A stretch of 64,000 nucleotides of DNA from Octopus vulgaris. Lineage: Eukaryota. Under the pieces are notes generated by a model that saw nothing but the letters and a program-made list of their open reading frames with translations, had not been told where the DNA came from and searched no databases. Position 1 is the stretch's first letter. Each line of letters starts with the position of its first letter. The position numbers and the translations under genes are program-made. The stretch covers positions 121,520,001 through 121,584,000 of the forward strand of contig OX597817.1 of the NCBI GenBank assembly GCA_951406725.2. The letters run 5' to 3'. Below are positions 42,721 to 56,769 of the stretch, piece after piece.

Positions 42721-44287
42721 CATAGGCATTCATATTGGTCGATTGACTCATTTTTCCACTTAGACGAAGTACGCCTGTGATCGAAAAGGTAAAGCTCAAG
42801 TTACTTTCCTTTGGGGATAATAGAGAAATATATACATTTATAGTTAGAGCACACGTGAAGTAAGATAGCACTAACAATTATCCTTAATCGTTGTAGAAGC
42901 ACGGCGGTTATAGATCGTTTTGAAATGTAGAAATATTGAGATGGTAAAAGATTGATAGAATGAGTAACAATTTAAGAAATATGAGTCAAAATACTGTAAA
43001 AAGATAGAACGAATATTGATGAAATATATTGTTTGACTGATAGTGAGAAAGAATATCTTGACGGAGATATCTGATTTATAATTTTGCCTTCAGGATATAC
43101 ACAGATGCACGCATATATGCATACACACACAAGCACAAATATATGCTTACATACACATACACACATACAATATATACCGAAAGAGAGAGAGAGAGAGGGG
43201 AGGGAGGGAGAGTGGGAGAGGAAGACAAATAGTCATACTGTCACTGGTATCACAGACATTATTTGAAAAATACTTCTAGATAAATAGGTTAGACACAAAC
43301 TGCGAAAATTAGAGGTATTGAAAATGGTAAGGATAATTCCTTAGTGAGACTGTTATTGACATACACACACACGCATACACACTCATATGTATTTATGTAT
43401 ATATGTATATATATATATGTATATTTATATATGTATATATATACGTGTATGTATATATATGTATATATATGTATATATATATGAATATATATGTATATAT
43501 ATTCATATATATATATATATATACAACAGGATACATTTCCTCATGAATATTGTCTTCTCTTTTTCTCTTTTTTCCTTTCTGTTTGAATGTAGTTATTGGT
43601 AGTTTCGTTTGTCGACACAAATTTCTATATGTGTATTCTATTCTATGAAAGTACAATGCTGCATTTGTCGGTAGCACAATAAAGAAATTCTAAAAAAGAA
43701 AAGTATACTTAGATTCTTATGGGTATTTTACAAAGCATTTTTTTTTACATTCATGGCTATCTGAAGCGGACTGAGTTTGTTTTTCATGATTTACAATAAT
43801 ACTCATGTTTCTGTTTCATATTTAGTCATCGTCTACGACATTCAAAACTGTTGAAGTTTTGAAATATTGCTTGTGCGTTTCTGTTTAATTTGCCGTTCAT
43901 TTGCAAAAGGATGAAACTCTCCATAGTATGTTTTACACTGCAAATATACAAACGATTAATTTTCAGTCTCTTATTTTCTCTTCTGTGTAACTAGTACATA
44001 ATCCCGTATGGTCAAGTAAAAAACTATTTTCTTATAGGTCAATGAACTTTGCTTTCTATCTTTTAACTGATGGTGCTCTGGGTCCGTCTGGCATTGACAT
44101 TAACATCTGACTTGTTCAGTCAACCAGAGAAAGGCAGGTTATGTAACTGAACGGTATTTTGTAAGTTTCTATTCCCTAGAACCTCCTTCATGTTATATAA
44201 CGTTTATGTGGAGAATGCGACATACGTCCAATTTAAAGAAACAATATTGGAGGAGTGTGTGTGCGTGCGTGTGTGTGTGTGAGAGAG

Positions 44288-44335
<48 letters not shown>

Positions 44336-44739
44336 GGAGAGAGTATATGAGTCTATGTATATAATTTTGTCTTGATAGTCTTTCATTCGATAAGACTAAC
44401 ATACCATTCGAAAGAGGTCCAATATGTGAATCAATAAAGGTGTTTCGAATTGGACGATACGAGGTACTACGACTTATTAATGGTTAATTTGTTTCCCGAT
44501 ACACCCGCTGCAATATCTACTCATCTGCTTTTCCCATTCGTGAATTAACTTCGCGATAGTAAGCTGTACTTTGCCGAACATATTGGCTTATACTTACAAA
44601 TATATATACAAATAGACACACACACACACATATATATACATACACATATATATACACACATATATATACATACATATATACATACATATATATATACACA
44701 AATATTCATACATAGATATATATATTCATATATATGATA

Positions 44740-44935
44740 GATCGGTAGCCACTACACACATTTATTTCTCTCCTTGTTTCTCTACTTGTTTCTTTCTGTG
44801 TTCCTTTCTGTGGAAGAGCGTAGGCTCGAAACGTTAAAGACTTTTTTCACATTTCCGAGCGTTATACTAATACATCTGTTTGTTTTTTTACACCACCTGT
44901 CTTCGTCTTCTGTTTTTTTCGTGAATTCTCCCTAT
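44740..44935 (+). mobile_element. Short hammerhead-like element, subfamily 2 (core 44804-44839)
   Basis: cttt CTGTGGA a gagc-gtag-gctc GAAACGTT aaag; homologous to 56770-56960. Confidence 0.65.
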
Positions 44936-45292
44936 ATGTGTATTTGTGTATATACACATAGATGAAGATATTATTATTAATAAATGATTATAAAGAAAGT
45001 GGATAGCAAACATAAAAATCTAAAAGGTAAATTTATAAATTCCTGATGAAGAGTGCAAAATAGCACAAGGGTCGCTAGAAATAAGAGTCGAAATATACCC
45101 AAAGAAGCCAAAATTTCACTAAAAAGTAAAGAAGTTGACAAAATCTAAGTTCGAGTGGAAAAGCCAACATAGCATTGCAGAGGAAAGATGCAAATGGATT
45201 TGAAGATATACCCATATCACGTGATTTCCAACTCTGAGATATTACTTGTCACTATATATGTGGGTATGTGTGTGTGTGTGTGTGCGTATGTG

Positions 45293-45610
45293 TGTGGCTT
45301 AGTGCTTAAGGTATTCTGCTCGCGATCGTATGGCTGAGAGTTCGAAAACCGGTGTCGCATTGTGCTGTTGAGCAAGAAAGTTTATCTTACACTGCTTCAG
45401 TCCATCCAGTTGGCAAAAATGAGCAATACCTGTAACTGAAAGAGCGAACCCTGTGTCTCATTCTATGTCACACTGAATTTTCGTGAGAACTACGTTAAAG
45501 ATGCGTGTGTCTGTGGAATGCTCAACCACTTGTACGTTAATTTCACCAGCAGGTTGCTCCGTTGATCGGGTCAACTGGAACTCTTGTCTTCGTACCCGAC
45601 AGAGTCCCAG
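45293..45610 (+). mobile_element. tRNA-derived SINE family C
   Basis: gtggcttagtg.ttaagg...gagttcgaaaacc head; body matches 56369-56672. Confidence 0.85.
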
Positions 45611-45616
45611 ATGTGC

Positions 45617-45674
<58 letters not shown>

Positions 45675-45733
45675 GCACATCTGGGACTCTGTCGGGTACG
45701 AAGACAAGAGTTCCAGTTGACCCGATCAACGGA
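45558..45733. repeat. Perfect foldback palindrome centred on (AT)n
   Basis: About 60 bp of SINE tail is duplicated in inverted orientation on the far side of the (AT)n tract. Confidence 0.95.
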
Positions 45734-45941
45734 CCCGATCAATGGAGTTTAACGCAGGTGTAATTCAAACTCTTTTTATTTATTTATATATTATACAAAA
45801 TATTTCATGTAAATCCGAAGTTCCTACCTTTAAAAACAAGGTCTTACAACCCTTTTACTTGTGTGATTTTTTTGTTACCCTGGTAACTATTTATCTATTT
45901 TTCCGTGTTAATTGTTAACAAGCGAAACGTACTCACACACC

Positions 45942-46050
<109 letters not shown>

Positions 46051-47886
46051 ATTTGGACTAATGAGTATATATCAGACAGGTTCCCCTTTTGTATACTCGG
46101 ATCACATTCAAAATTTTCACATGTGTAGGGTTAAGGTTTGTTCAATCTATACTATGAAATATCAGTTTTTGAAATTACTATTACTATTTTACAATGAACA
46201 ATGTATCTCTGGATCCGGAACTCTGAAAATGAGCAGAATAACTTTAGTGTTATATCATTTTGAGACTTTAAATACGTTTTATTGCCTTAAAACAACGTGA
46301 AAATAAAGGATATTCAACATACTACTTTGACATTGAATATAATGTAACGCATGTTTTTAACGGTCTATATGTAAACAGAATACAGAATGGTCCAAGACTA
46401 AACTAGTCTGAAGATATTTTACTCCGGCAGTACAGAAATATTATTTCAACATAATTACTTTTTAAAAGAGATTGTTTGGAGATTGTTTAGGCGTTACTCT
46501 AATGTATTGGTGGTAATTTTATCTAGTTTTGTGTTGTTAGCCAACATCATCTATTAATATTGATTTCAAATATATGCACAAGTCCTTACAATTTTCGGAG
46601 AGAAGGATATACTCGATTAAGTTTGGCTTCAGTTCTTGACTGGTACTTACGTTATCGATCGTGTCGGAAGTATGGAAGACAATTTCGATGAAGGTGAAAT
46701 ATAAAATTAGGACTTCATATTTTATTGTTGGAAGCGAAGTAATGTAAGAACGAGAGAAAGAGAGCACAAGCGACAGAGAGAGGAAGAGGAATAGATAGAT
46801 AGATATATATATAGATAGATAGATATATATAGAGAGAGTGAGGGGGAGACAGACAAAGGAAAAGTGAGAGAAAGAAACAAATAATATCATATGATATAAA
46901 CGTCAAATATAACCATAAAAATTATCCCCTGTAAATTATCTATCAATCAGTCATCGATATTTATATTATTCTATCAATGTAACTGTTTTATATTGCAGAG
47001 CAGTAAATAATTAAATTTTAAAATATCTGAATTAGATTATTATTTATTTGGCAGAATCGGTAGAGTAGAATCGTTAGACTAAAATTCGTGTAGTATTTAT
47101 GTACGTCCCTTAAAGTTGTGTGGAAGTCCTGCTGAACATGACGCCTAATTTTAGCCTTCTGGTAGAGCCAATTAAATACTAGGTAAATGTGAAATTCCAT
47201 TTCACTGAACTGCCTCCCGCTATATAAATTATGAACGTATAAATTTCAGATTGTTGGTAAATAATACTCATTTTGATTACAGTTAATATTTTTCACCGGT
47301 GTGACATACGAGAAAGTGAAAACGGTAAACGTGGTGAAGTCTCCAATCATTTATAATAAAACACGTTTCCAGATGAAATCAACCAATATTAAATGCGTAT
47401 GAAATTTTGTTTCCCCACATATTATGGTATACATGTGGAAATATTTTCTAAAGATATTGCTGTTTCGATTCTAAACTGTTACGCACTAGCAGTAAATTAT
47501 ACAAAACTAATATTGATTTTTCTACTTCCATAATGCAACAAATGTGATAGAAGGATATATTTGATGATAGTCATTCACTGCATATGAATGATACTTATGT
47601 TGTTGACCTCAAAGAAATATAAACAAAATGCAAAAATGACATCTATTGGATTTGATCTCAGAAAATTGAAGGTATAAATTATATATTGCAAAATATATTG
47701 TAATTGCTTTTCTTTCTACTGCATCATTCTAAAGTAACCGTTGCAGTAAGGAGAATTGATCCGCGCAGCATTTGGATACGATTTATAAACTTAATTATTT
47801 ATAAACTGACCAATTAACAAATTACAAAAGTAAGACTGAACATTTGAAAATTAACTGAATATCAGCTAATATTGTATATATTATAG

Positions 47887-48070
47887 AGGCGGATATCTGG
47901 CCGAACTGTTAATACAACGGGACAAATTTCTTAGATCAAATTCCGCCAATGTTGACTTTGCCTTTCAACCTTTCAGGTTCAATGAAATAAGTATTAGTTG
48001 TACCATGGGCTTGGTACAATGGACTTACGCCCTTCTTTGAAATTTTTGACCTTGTGCCAAAATTTGAAAC
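47887..48070 (+). mobile_element. Degenerate SINE family A
   Basis: caaattccgcc..gttgactttgcctttcaacctttc...cttgtgccaaaatttgaaac. Confidence 0.7.
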
Positions 48071-49149
48071 AAAAATTATATATATATAGTTAATGTTACT
48101 TTGATAAAAACATTTTATTAAAATTGGAATTTATAAGAGCTTTCTAGACAATGTAGAGTTTAGTGATTACTCTCTTTTAGTACAAGTTACATAACTTAAT
48201 TAATAAGCAGCTATCTTCATTATTGTATAGATACCGATAAACCAGTTGTTTTTAATCATCAATTTTAAGAAAGAGTAAGAAAAATACAATTTGAAAACAG
48301 GTAACAGTGGAATGTTCGGAAAGAGGGTAAACTTCACCAGTAGAAATGATTCCGTTTACATTCTTCATAAATCACTAAATATTGATTTATACTTCCAGGA
48401 ACAAAGTGTATTGTCTAACATATAGAGATAATAAAGTAAAAGTTTGGCAGGCTTTATCAAGGAAATTGAAATTTCTTTTCCTCGCCAAAATATGTTTGAA
48501 TCATTTAATATTTACAAAGTCCTGATGTGCACAATCATGGAATGTTGCTTCTATATTGGAAATTGTGTATTCACCCCACTTACTAAATATTAGATCGTTT
48601 CCAAAGACGTAATTTATTTGAAGGACAAAACTTCCAGATTCTTCCATCTGGAATTCACACATTACTCTTCTTTCAACTGAATACACATCTCTCTCTCTCC
48701 CTTTCTCTCTCTGTCTCTCCTCGCTCTTTCCCCTTGAAGAAACGCTGTGCCCATTTTGTCTAAAATTTTTTCGACTAAAAATATAATCTTTAAAGCCTCA
48801 TAACGCAAATATTGATTTACAGTTAGTCAAATACAACATTTCATTGTTGTACTTGTTTGGCTAGTGATTTCAACCGGCATCTTACGTAGAAACTAAAACA
48901 ATTACAGCATCGTATAATGATATTAGACATTTAAATTGACGCGTACAGTTATATTTACAGCTGTGTCATTTCCTTATAACAGTATATATAGTAAATACCG
49001 AGAACGATCTTCATGCATATACGACGTGGTTACTTATTCTCTATTACAGTATACTGTTTACTTAAGTAATTTAATTTATGTACGTTACATTATTGTGAAG
49101 ATTATAAAATCTCTAAACATACTTTAGTTTTTCACCACATCTGAATAAT

Positions 49150-49440
49150 AGTAACTATGACGATTTGAAGTGGGAAATACGAAGGTTTTGGTCAATGAGG
49201 AGCGTAGACGTGGTAGTAATTGGCGCACTTCGAAGTATCAGCACGCAACTACCATCACGGCTCAAAAGGATTGGTATAAATGTAAAAGTAGAACACCTAC
49301 AAAAATCAATATTGCTTGAAAATGCAAGATTCCTTCACAAGGTTTTTAAAGCATGACAAGTGTCACCTTAGTCTTCTGGTTGTGGACAGCTGACACTTTC
49401 TGTCATACCCAGCAAAATAATCTGTGAGTTTTCATCAACG
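49150..49440 (+). mobile_element. R4/Dong-like non-LTR retrotransposon 3' end (restriction-like endonuclease C-terminus)
   Basis: YDDLKWEIRRFWSMRSVDVVVIGALRSI..HLQKSILLENARFLHKVF*; short 3' UTR then (TTA)n/(GAT)n/(AAG)n. Confidence 0.8.
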
Positions 49441-49460
49441 AATATTATTATTATTATTAT

Positions 49461-49525
<65 letters not shown>

Positions 49526-49535
49526 GTGATAATAA

Positions 49536-49566
<31 letters not shown>

Positions 49567-49567
49567 A

Positions 49568-50125
49568 AATGGGAGCAAAGGACAGTGCAAGAGAAATACT
49601 CGTCTAGAATTAGCAATCCTGGTGTAGATCAAACACTTACTTATCAGTGGTTGTAATGCTCTGATTTCAAATCAGAAACTGAGGAGTATATCATTGCTGT
49701 TCAGGGTCGTCTCTTCCAGCTGGGAACTACCGGAGTAATATTCTGAAATATGAAAGTAGTTCATCATGCCGCATATACGAAGAGTATCCAGTGACAATCT
49801 ACCACATAATCTCTGGATGCAATAGACTGGCACCAACTGAATACTTGCAAATGCATGACATACTGGTCGCGAAATACAAGCAACGCGACCTGGATTCATC
49901 GTGAAAGAACATATCGAAAAACTTGTCTTGTGATCATTGTTGCAGACCTGAACAAGGATAAAGGGCCTTGAAATTGAAACCTGAAGAATGTGTCATCTCA
50001 AAGCAGTACCAGAATCATATCAAAAGGAATAAAAGAGTATGTAGATAAACCCTGGCAGCCCCAAAATAGAAAGTTCATACTTATGGTTACCTCAGATATT
50101 CTTTGTAAATTCCTCTCCGTCTAAA
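49568..50125 (+). mobile_element. Second, heavily decayed R4/Dong-like fragment
   Basis: KWEQRTVQEKY..VDQTLTYQWL*CSDFKSETEEYIIAVQG resembles the W..K.LHG.Y..LK.ETE..I.AAQD motif. Confidence 0.65.
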
Positions 50126-51787
50126 TTGAAGGGTTCTACATAATTTAGAGTAAACTAGCTGTGTTTTCTAATATAAATATTTTCCTCTTTAAAAACAGTG
50201 TCTACAGACACTGTTTTATTTTCCCTCCCTTTCGTCATCGAACGATGCATGATAATTTCCTTGGAAAACTATGTTTTTGTCTGAATTTTGTTAGGTAACA
50301 GAATATAAAGGTAGTTTCCTGGTTCTTTCATTCGGTTGCTTTTTATGATGTAACCTCTTCGCCAAAAGCCAATTCCGAGAGAAAGAAAGCAGGAAAAATA
50401 TCGTCCGGAGCACGTGATTTATCGACCACGAAGATATGAAGCGTAATAAATTTTGAATCCAGATAGCAGAAATCCGAAACAAATTGAGTAAATATTTCAG
50501 ATTTATCGCAGAGAAGTAAAACGGTGTTCTCTTCACAACTTGCAGAAGATTATTAAGGTTGCACGAAGTCAATTAGACTCAATCAGGTATTTGAAACTGA
50601 ACTTATCCTTAAAAGGATTGGGAGCTTATCATATTGAAGGTAACTGAATTTACATCCTATATCTAAAGTATTATAGATATTCTAATGCGAAAACTTTATT
50701 GGAATTTCTCTGAGCGTTCATATTTGTTTTATAACTCGTTTTACAAGTTTATTGCCAATATATGAATATTTTCTCACATATCTGTTTTGCGAAGATATAT
50801 TTTTTCGATAGCTCATTCTAAATCAATATATCAGCATGTAGGCGTCTACACTTTTGCTATTTTGCTTAACTTATATATATTTAAATTTTTAATTTACTTT
50901 CCAATTATGATGCATGCAGAAACACTACCTATGTGTTGCAGCTATGTGCTTAAAATAAAATCTTCATAATTTATTCTTTCATAGTTTTAACTAATATACT
51001 TCGTGAATACAAAAAAAATACCTCTGCAGTATGGTTTCCTTCCTCGAGGATATATATCCTGTTCCTTGTCAGCACAAAATAAATTAAACCCGTTGGTTAT
51101 GACGGCTAGCGTCACTGCTCATTATCTTCTGCTATTAATTTAGTTTTATCAACAACGTTCTTTCGAATATATGCCTCGTGGGATGAGGAACATCCTTTTT
51201 CTCGATTATAAGTAACTTGGACGTAAGCAGTAGTCAGAATTGATTGCCTTAATTGCTAAGAATTGCTGTCATTGCAAGCGTGCATTTTTTACTAGATATA
51301 TTTTCTTCTTGAATTCTTTCTGTACTATCTTTCATTCAGCTATTAATAACTTAGCATTTCTAATGGGACTAAGCGCAAAAATGTCTGTTTGTTTCTCAGT
51401 AATAATCTCAAATATTAATTTCATGTATAGTACACAAATAGTCATTTGGTTTCGAGTCATATTTATCATAATATAACTGATAACAAATCTTGTCTATTAC
51501 CGAGCTACGTATGCAACTTCTGGACTATAGTTTAGCACTTCAGGGTCTAAGTGAGTTAAAATCTAAAACAATGTATCAAAATGTACTGTTCCTTCAATAG
51601 TCTATCTTTGGTTCATTTTAAAAGAAGAATCTTACAAAAAGATACGTATCATAAGTTATTCCAAAAATGTTCGAAATATAGATGAAAATTTATGCCGAAA
51701 AATTTAGTAATGTAACTACAATATTTAGAAGAGCTTGTAAGTGATAGTACTCAGCTTCAGTTTCTTAGTCTAAAGCCGGTGTTATTA

Positions 51788-51860
<73 letters not shown>

Positions 51861-52441
51861 GGCGGTGAGTTGGCAGAAACGTTAGCATGCAAGGCGAAAT
51901 GCCTAGCGGTATTTCGTCTGCGTTACGTTGTGAGTTCAAATTCCGCCGAGGTCGACTTTGCCTTTCATCCTTTCGGGGTCGATAAATTAAGTACCAGTTA
52001 CGCACTGGGGTCGATGTAATCGACTTAATACCTATGTCTGTCCTTGTTTGTCGCCTCTATGTTTAGCCCCTTGTGGGTAATAAAGAAATAGGTATTTCGT
52101 CTGCTGCTACGTTCTGAGTGCAAATTCCGCCGAGGTCGACTTTGCCTTTCATCCTTTCGGGGTCGATTAAATGAGTACCAGTTACGCACTGGGGTCGATA
52201 TAATCGACTTAATCCGTTTGTCTGTCCTTGTTTGTCCTTTCTGTGCTTAGCCCCTTGTGGGTAGTAAAGAAATAGGTATTTCTCCTGTCACTACGTTCTG
52301 AGTTCAAATTCCGCCGAGATCGACTTTGCCTTTCATCGTTTCAGGGTCGATAAAATGAGTACCAGTTGAGCACTGGGGTCGATGTAATAGTCTTAATACT
52401 CTCCCCCAAATATTAGGTCTTGTGCCTATTGTAGAAAAGAT
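51861..52441 (+). mobile_element. SINE family A (Nin-domain-like), tandem trimer, bounded by (TTA)n
   Basis: One head plus three ~184-bp units starting near 51910, 52093 and 52277. Confidence 0.9.
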
Positions 52442-52463
52442 TATTATTATTATTATTATTGGT

Positions 52464-53408
52464 ATTGAATGAGAAAGCATTGCATGCCATCAAATTGCCA
52501 CTTGGGTAAAATATACGAAGCCCAGTACCCATCATGACTACTCGTCTGATAAGAGTACACCAGGCACATGCATCACAGCCATATGTGCGCGACATGGTGA
52601 TCTCATATCAAGATAAACAGCGCATAACCTTGCAGGTGGGGCCTAGTAAAAATTTTCTTCAAGTCAAGTAGCCCATCCCGCTCAAAATGTCCCTGAATAA
52701 GGTTTGTTTAAGGATGTTGAACAAAACACCCATGTTTCTGGAGGTGAATTATCCAAACCCCAAAGAATTCCTCTCAACATGTGGCTATGATGCTCCCCCA
52801 CTGCTTCTGCTCGTGATCAGAGATGCACATATTATTATTATTATTATTATTGAGTGAGAGAGCAGTGCATGCCATCAAAGTGACACTGGGGTAAAATATA
52901 CGAAGCCCAATATACCTATCATGACTACCCGACTGATAAAGGTACACCAGGCACATGCATCACGACCATATGTGCGCGGGATGGTGATCTCATATCAAGA
53001 TAAACTGCACATGACCTTGCAGGTGGGGCCCAGTTAGAATTTTCTTCAGGTTGAGTAGCCCATCACGCTCAAACGGTCCCTGAATAAGGCTTGTTTAAGG
53101 ATGTTGAAAAACCCACCCATGTCTCCAGAGGTGAACTATTCAAACCCCAAAGAATCCCTCTCAACACATGGCTATGATGCTACCCCACTACTTCTGCTCG
53201 TGATCAGAGATGCACATATCGTCAGCCACTAAGGGACATGCTCAACTGGTTAAGGTCAAACAACTGACAAGCAAATCTATGGTATTGAGCAGAATATTTG
53301 CTGTAGCCCATCTTTTATACCAAGACAGAACAATGTACATGATAACACTTCCAATCAGTTAAGATAAGAAGCCATGAGAGCCTCTGCCTGGTACTGCATC
53401 AGGGCATT
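52464..53408 (-). mobile_element. Two tandem copies (52464-52830 truncated; 52849-53408) of a non-coding element separated and flanked by (TTA)n
   Basis: High similarity over ~365 bp; shared end abuts (TTA)n, consistent with a 3' end and variable 5' truncation on the minus strand (strand is inferred). Confidence 0.7.
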
Positions 53409-53504
53409 TTAGGTACTGCATCAGGGCATTGGTACTGCATCAGGGCATTGGTACTGCATCAGGGCATTGGTACTGCATCAGGGCATTGGTACTGCATCAG
53501 GGCA

Positions 53505-53506
<2 letters not shown>
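53390..53506 (+). repeat. 19-bp minisatellite ggtactgcatcagggcatt x6
   Basis: Six identical units; the first is the terminus of the preceding element. Confidence 0.95.
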
Positions 53507-53597
<91 letters not shown>

Positions 53598-53598
<1 letters not shown>

Positions 53599-53908
53599 CA
53601 CCGAATCACTTGTCCAATGGTTATAAAGGAAGCGCGCCCGTCAGGAGGCTGCCAGCCTGATGGCGAAAAATTTTCAATTGGCTGAATATCTTCCCCGAAT
53701 ACGAACCTGGAAGGTCACTTAAACGGGATTTGTCCCAAATTAAGCCCCCAAAGTTCATCACCACAACGACCAGAAAATCAAAAAAGTAAAAGAACTAAAT
53801 GGAACCGGGAAGAATATAAAGAAGTAATATATGCTTATTACTTTGCATTAAGTAGGCCAACCCAAGAAAAATACACCGCAAACTCCTACAGAATTCGGAG
53901 GAGCCGTA
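53598..53908 (+). mobile_element. R4/Dong-like 5' fragment between (TTA)n tracts
   Basis: KRTKWNREEYKEVIYAYYFAL..ANSYRIRRSR resembles the N-terminal R.KW..EE....M..YY motif of R4-clade proteins. Confidence 0.55.
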
Positions 53909-55016
53909 TTATTGTTATCATTATTATTATTATTATTATTATGATTGCCACATTTTACAAGACCGAAATTTAAACTCATTGTGCTTTAAATCTAGTGTTA
54001 AGTTTTTCTTTTCCATTTCCACCACGTCACACATATAGTGTCTCATATACCTTGAAGTATTTCAATTTCTAGCTTTACCATCTGTTATCCTTTAACTCTT
54101 GGTGAGCTTTGGCAGAGCAGACATGTGCATTTCTGCCTTTATCAACCTGTTTTATATTTTGCAGATAGTAGGATGGATTTTGTGGGAAGTTTTACAGCTA
54201 TTTCTACCGAATCAAACGTCCACAAACAAGATTTCTTGTTGTCCCAAGTTATGTCTTTTATTGGCTTCCAATTCAAGAGAATTCAATTGCTTATGCTTCT
54301 TATATAACAATAATAACTTGGTAGTTATAAAAAGATTTCAATTTTAAAATTCTAAGACCCAAGCACAGAGAAAAATACACATTTGAGGAGCAGACTATGC
54401 GACCCTATTTTAAATCCCACTTTATTACTTGAGAAGAAGATGAACGTCACATATTCTCATTTCCCTTCTGTATAAATATGAAGCATATTTAAATCTTGAA
54501 AATCCTGAAGTTACTTATATATCAGTATAGATTTGAATAACGATTTTCAGTTACGGTTGTATATTTATAACTCCAGAATAAACTTAAGATTGATATTTAT
54601 CTACTGAATTCTGAAACGAATTGTAGATACTTTGAGTTATGGACAAATAAAATTGCAAATCGAGACGAATGTGTCTTTCCGTTGAGAGCCAACATTGATT
54701 TAATATCATATTATCAATATTCAATATAGCAGTAACTCAACGTTTGACTCTTCATTTAAATTACTCTTTTACGTATACTTTCAGTACGCATTTTTTAACC
54801 ACAAGCTGCCATTGTGCCGTCAAAAATGACGGCTTATTGTAGCATTTTATACATAAATAAGGTATAAATTAATTACATAATAATCATAGATACAAACATT
54901 CACATACTTCTGTTGTGCATGACATACATACACACATATACTCCGAGTTGAAATGCTGTTTGATTTTTCGTTTCAGCGTTCGCCGTCCCATTTCCATTGC
55001 ATACACATACACACAT

Positions 55017-55055
<39 letters not shown>

Positions 55056-55935
55056 AACATTCACATAGGGCCCTTTTACATACACACATATACTCACATA
55101 CAGTTGAAGCGTTTAGTTTTTTTTTTTCACCCCTTCCTTCCTTATTAATTTATCACCCCTTCCTTTCTCCATTGCTATTACTGAATTTCTCTCCTCTCCT
55201 TCACTCATACTAATCTTTCTCTTACTCCGTCTTACTCCTAAATTTGTTATTTTGGACAAATATATATACATACGCTCATTATTATATTAGGAGATCATAT
55301 TTATTTCACTACTGATAATGATATTTATGATATTACTTCGTTATTTATGTATTTATTTTGCGATTCTATTGACACAGTATATAATTTGAGCGTCTGAAAG
55401 TAACAGTCATTTCTAGTCTGCTTGTGAATTACATCTTCAAAATATTCATCACTAAAACAAAATCAGTATCATTTATTCTACGTGTGCTGCTGTAAATTAG
55501 CTAACTTTGGTTTGGTGACCATATGAACACAAAGAATGAAATGGTGATCTTTGAAAAACAGCTAATTTCAAAAGTAGGTTTCAAAATATACTGCCTTGCA
55601 CGTGTGCTTAGTGGTTTTAGATAAGAAAATCATAATAAAAATGGAGCTGACCAAAACACAAACAATTGTTATCAAACAGACCGTTGACAAGTCTAACATA
55701 ATCGACGCTAGTGTTTTGGTATGAGGGACACTAAAGATTAGTTCTTGAGTAAATATACATATGGCGCCGTAAAAATTTTGTTTCTCAACCACATTGTCCT
55801 TTTTGAGTAGATTTGAGGTCGAAAACTGCAAGTTTGTCCTGTACACATACACACACATACACACACACACATACACACACATATATATATATATATACAT
55901 ATCTATATATGCATATATATACATATATATATATT

Positions 55936-56048
55936 ACCGTGACCGTGACCGACCAGACTATCAGATGTTGCTACACATCGCTGGTCACAATGCGCTTCGC
56001 ATTGTTTTAGCCTTCAAATGACGCTACCCCGCTGGCTAAGCGAGCAGG

Positions 56049-56050
<2 letters not shown>
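55936..56050 (-). mobile_element. SINE-like tail fragment (associated with family D)
   Basis: Reverse complement of 62700-62780. Confidence 0.75.
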
Positions 56051-56107
<57 letters not shown>

Positions 56108-56112
56108 GTACA

Positions 56113-56183
<71 letters not shown>

Positions 56184-56368
56184 GTATCTATATATATAGG
56201 GAGAATTCACAAAAAAACAAACAAACAAAAGACGAAGACAGGCGGTGTAGACAACATACAGATGTATGAGTATATCTATGTTGTATGACTTTCCGTCTGT
56301 GTTTGTCCCCACCACCATTGCTTGACAACTGGTGTGTTTCTATCCCCGTATATGTATCATATCATGTG

Positions 56369-56672
56369 ATGGCGCGTGGCTTAGTGGTTAAGGATCGTAT
56401 GGTCGAGAGTTGAATTCCCAGTGATGTGTTGTGTCCTTCAGCCAGACACTTTATTTCTTCATGCTGCTCCAGTCCATTTAGCTGGCAAAAATGAGTTGTA
56501 TCAGTTCAAAGGGGCTAACCGTATCACATTCTGTATCATGCCGAATCTCCATGAGAACTATGTTAAGGGTACTCGTGTCTGTAGAGTGCTCAGCCACTTG
56601 CACGTTAATTTCAAGAGCACGCTGTTCGGTCAATCGGATCAACTGGAATCCTCGTCGTCGTAACCGACGGTG
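56369..56672 (+). mobile_element. tRNA-derived SINE family C, full length
   Basis: A box tggcttagtgg, B-box-like gagttgaattccc, gttgtgtccttcagccagacacttta core. Confidence 0.85.
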
Positions 56673-56769
56673 TAGCATATATCATATTATATTGTGTGTG
56701 TGTGTGTGTGCGTATCTATATATACAAAATATATATAGATACATATATATATATAACGATCACCATGAT

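Noticed and set aside
45042-45085. CTGATGA followed by a hairpin (gtgc/gcac)
   Set aside because: No GAAA follows the hairpin and there are no stems I or III; not a hammerhead.
53390-53506. Regular short direct repeats resembling a CRISPR array
   Set aside because: The units are contiguous with no spacers, there are no cas genes, and the context is eukaryotic.
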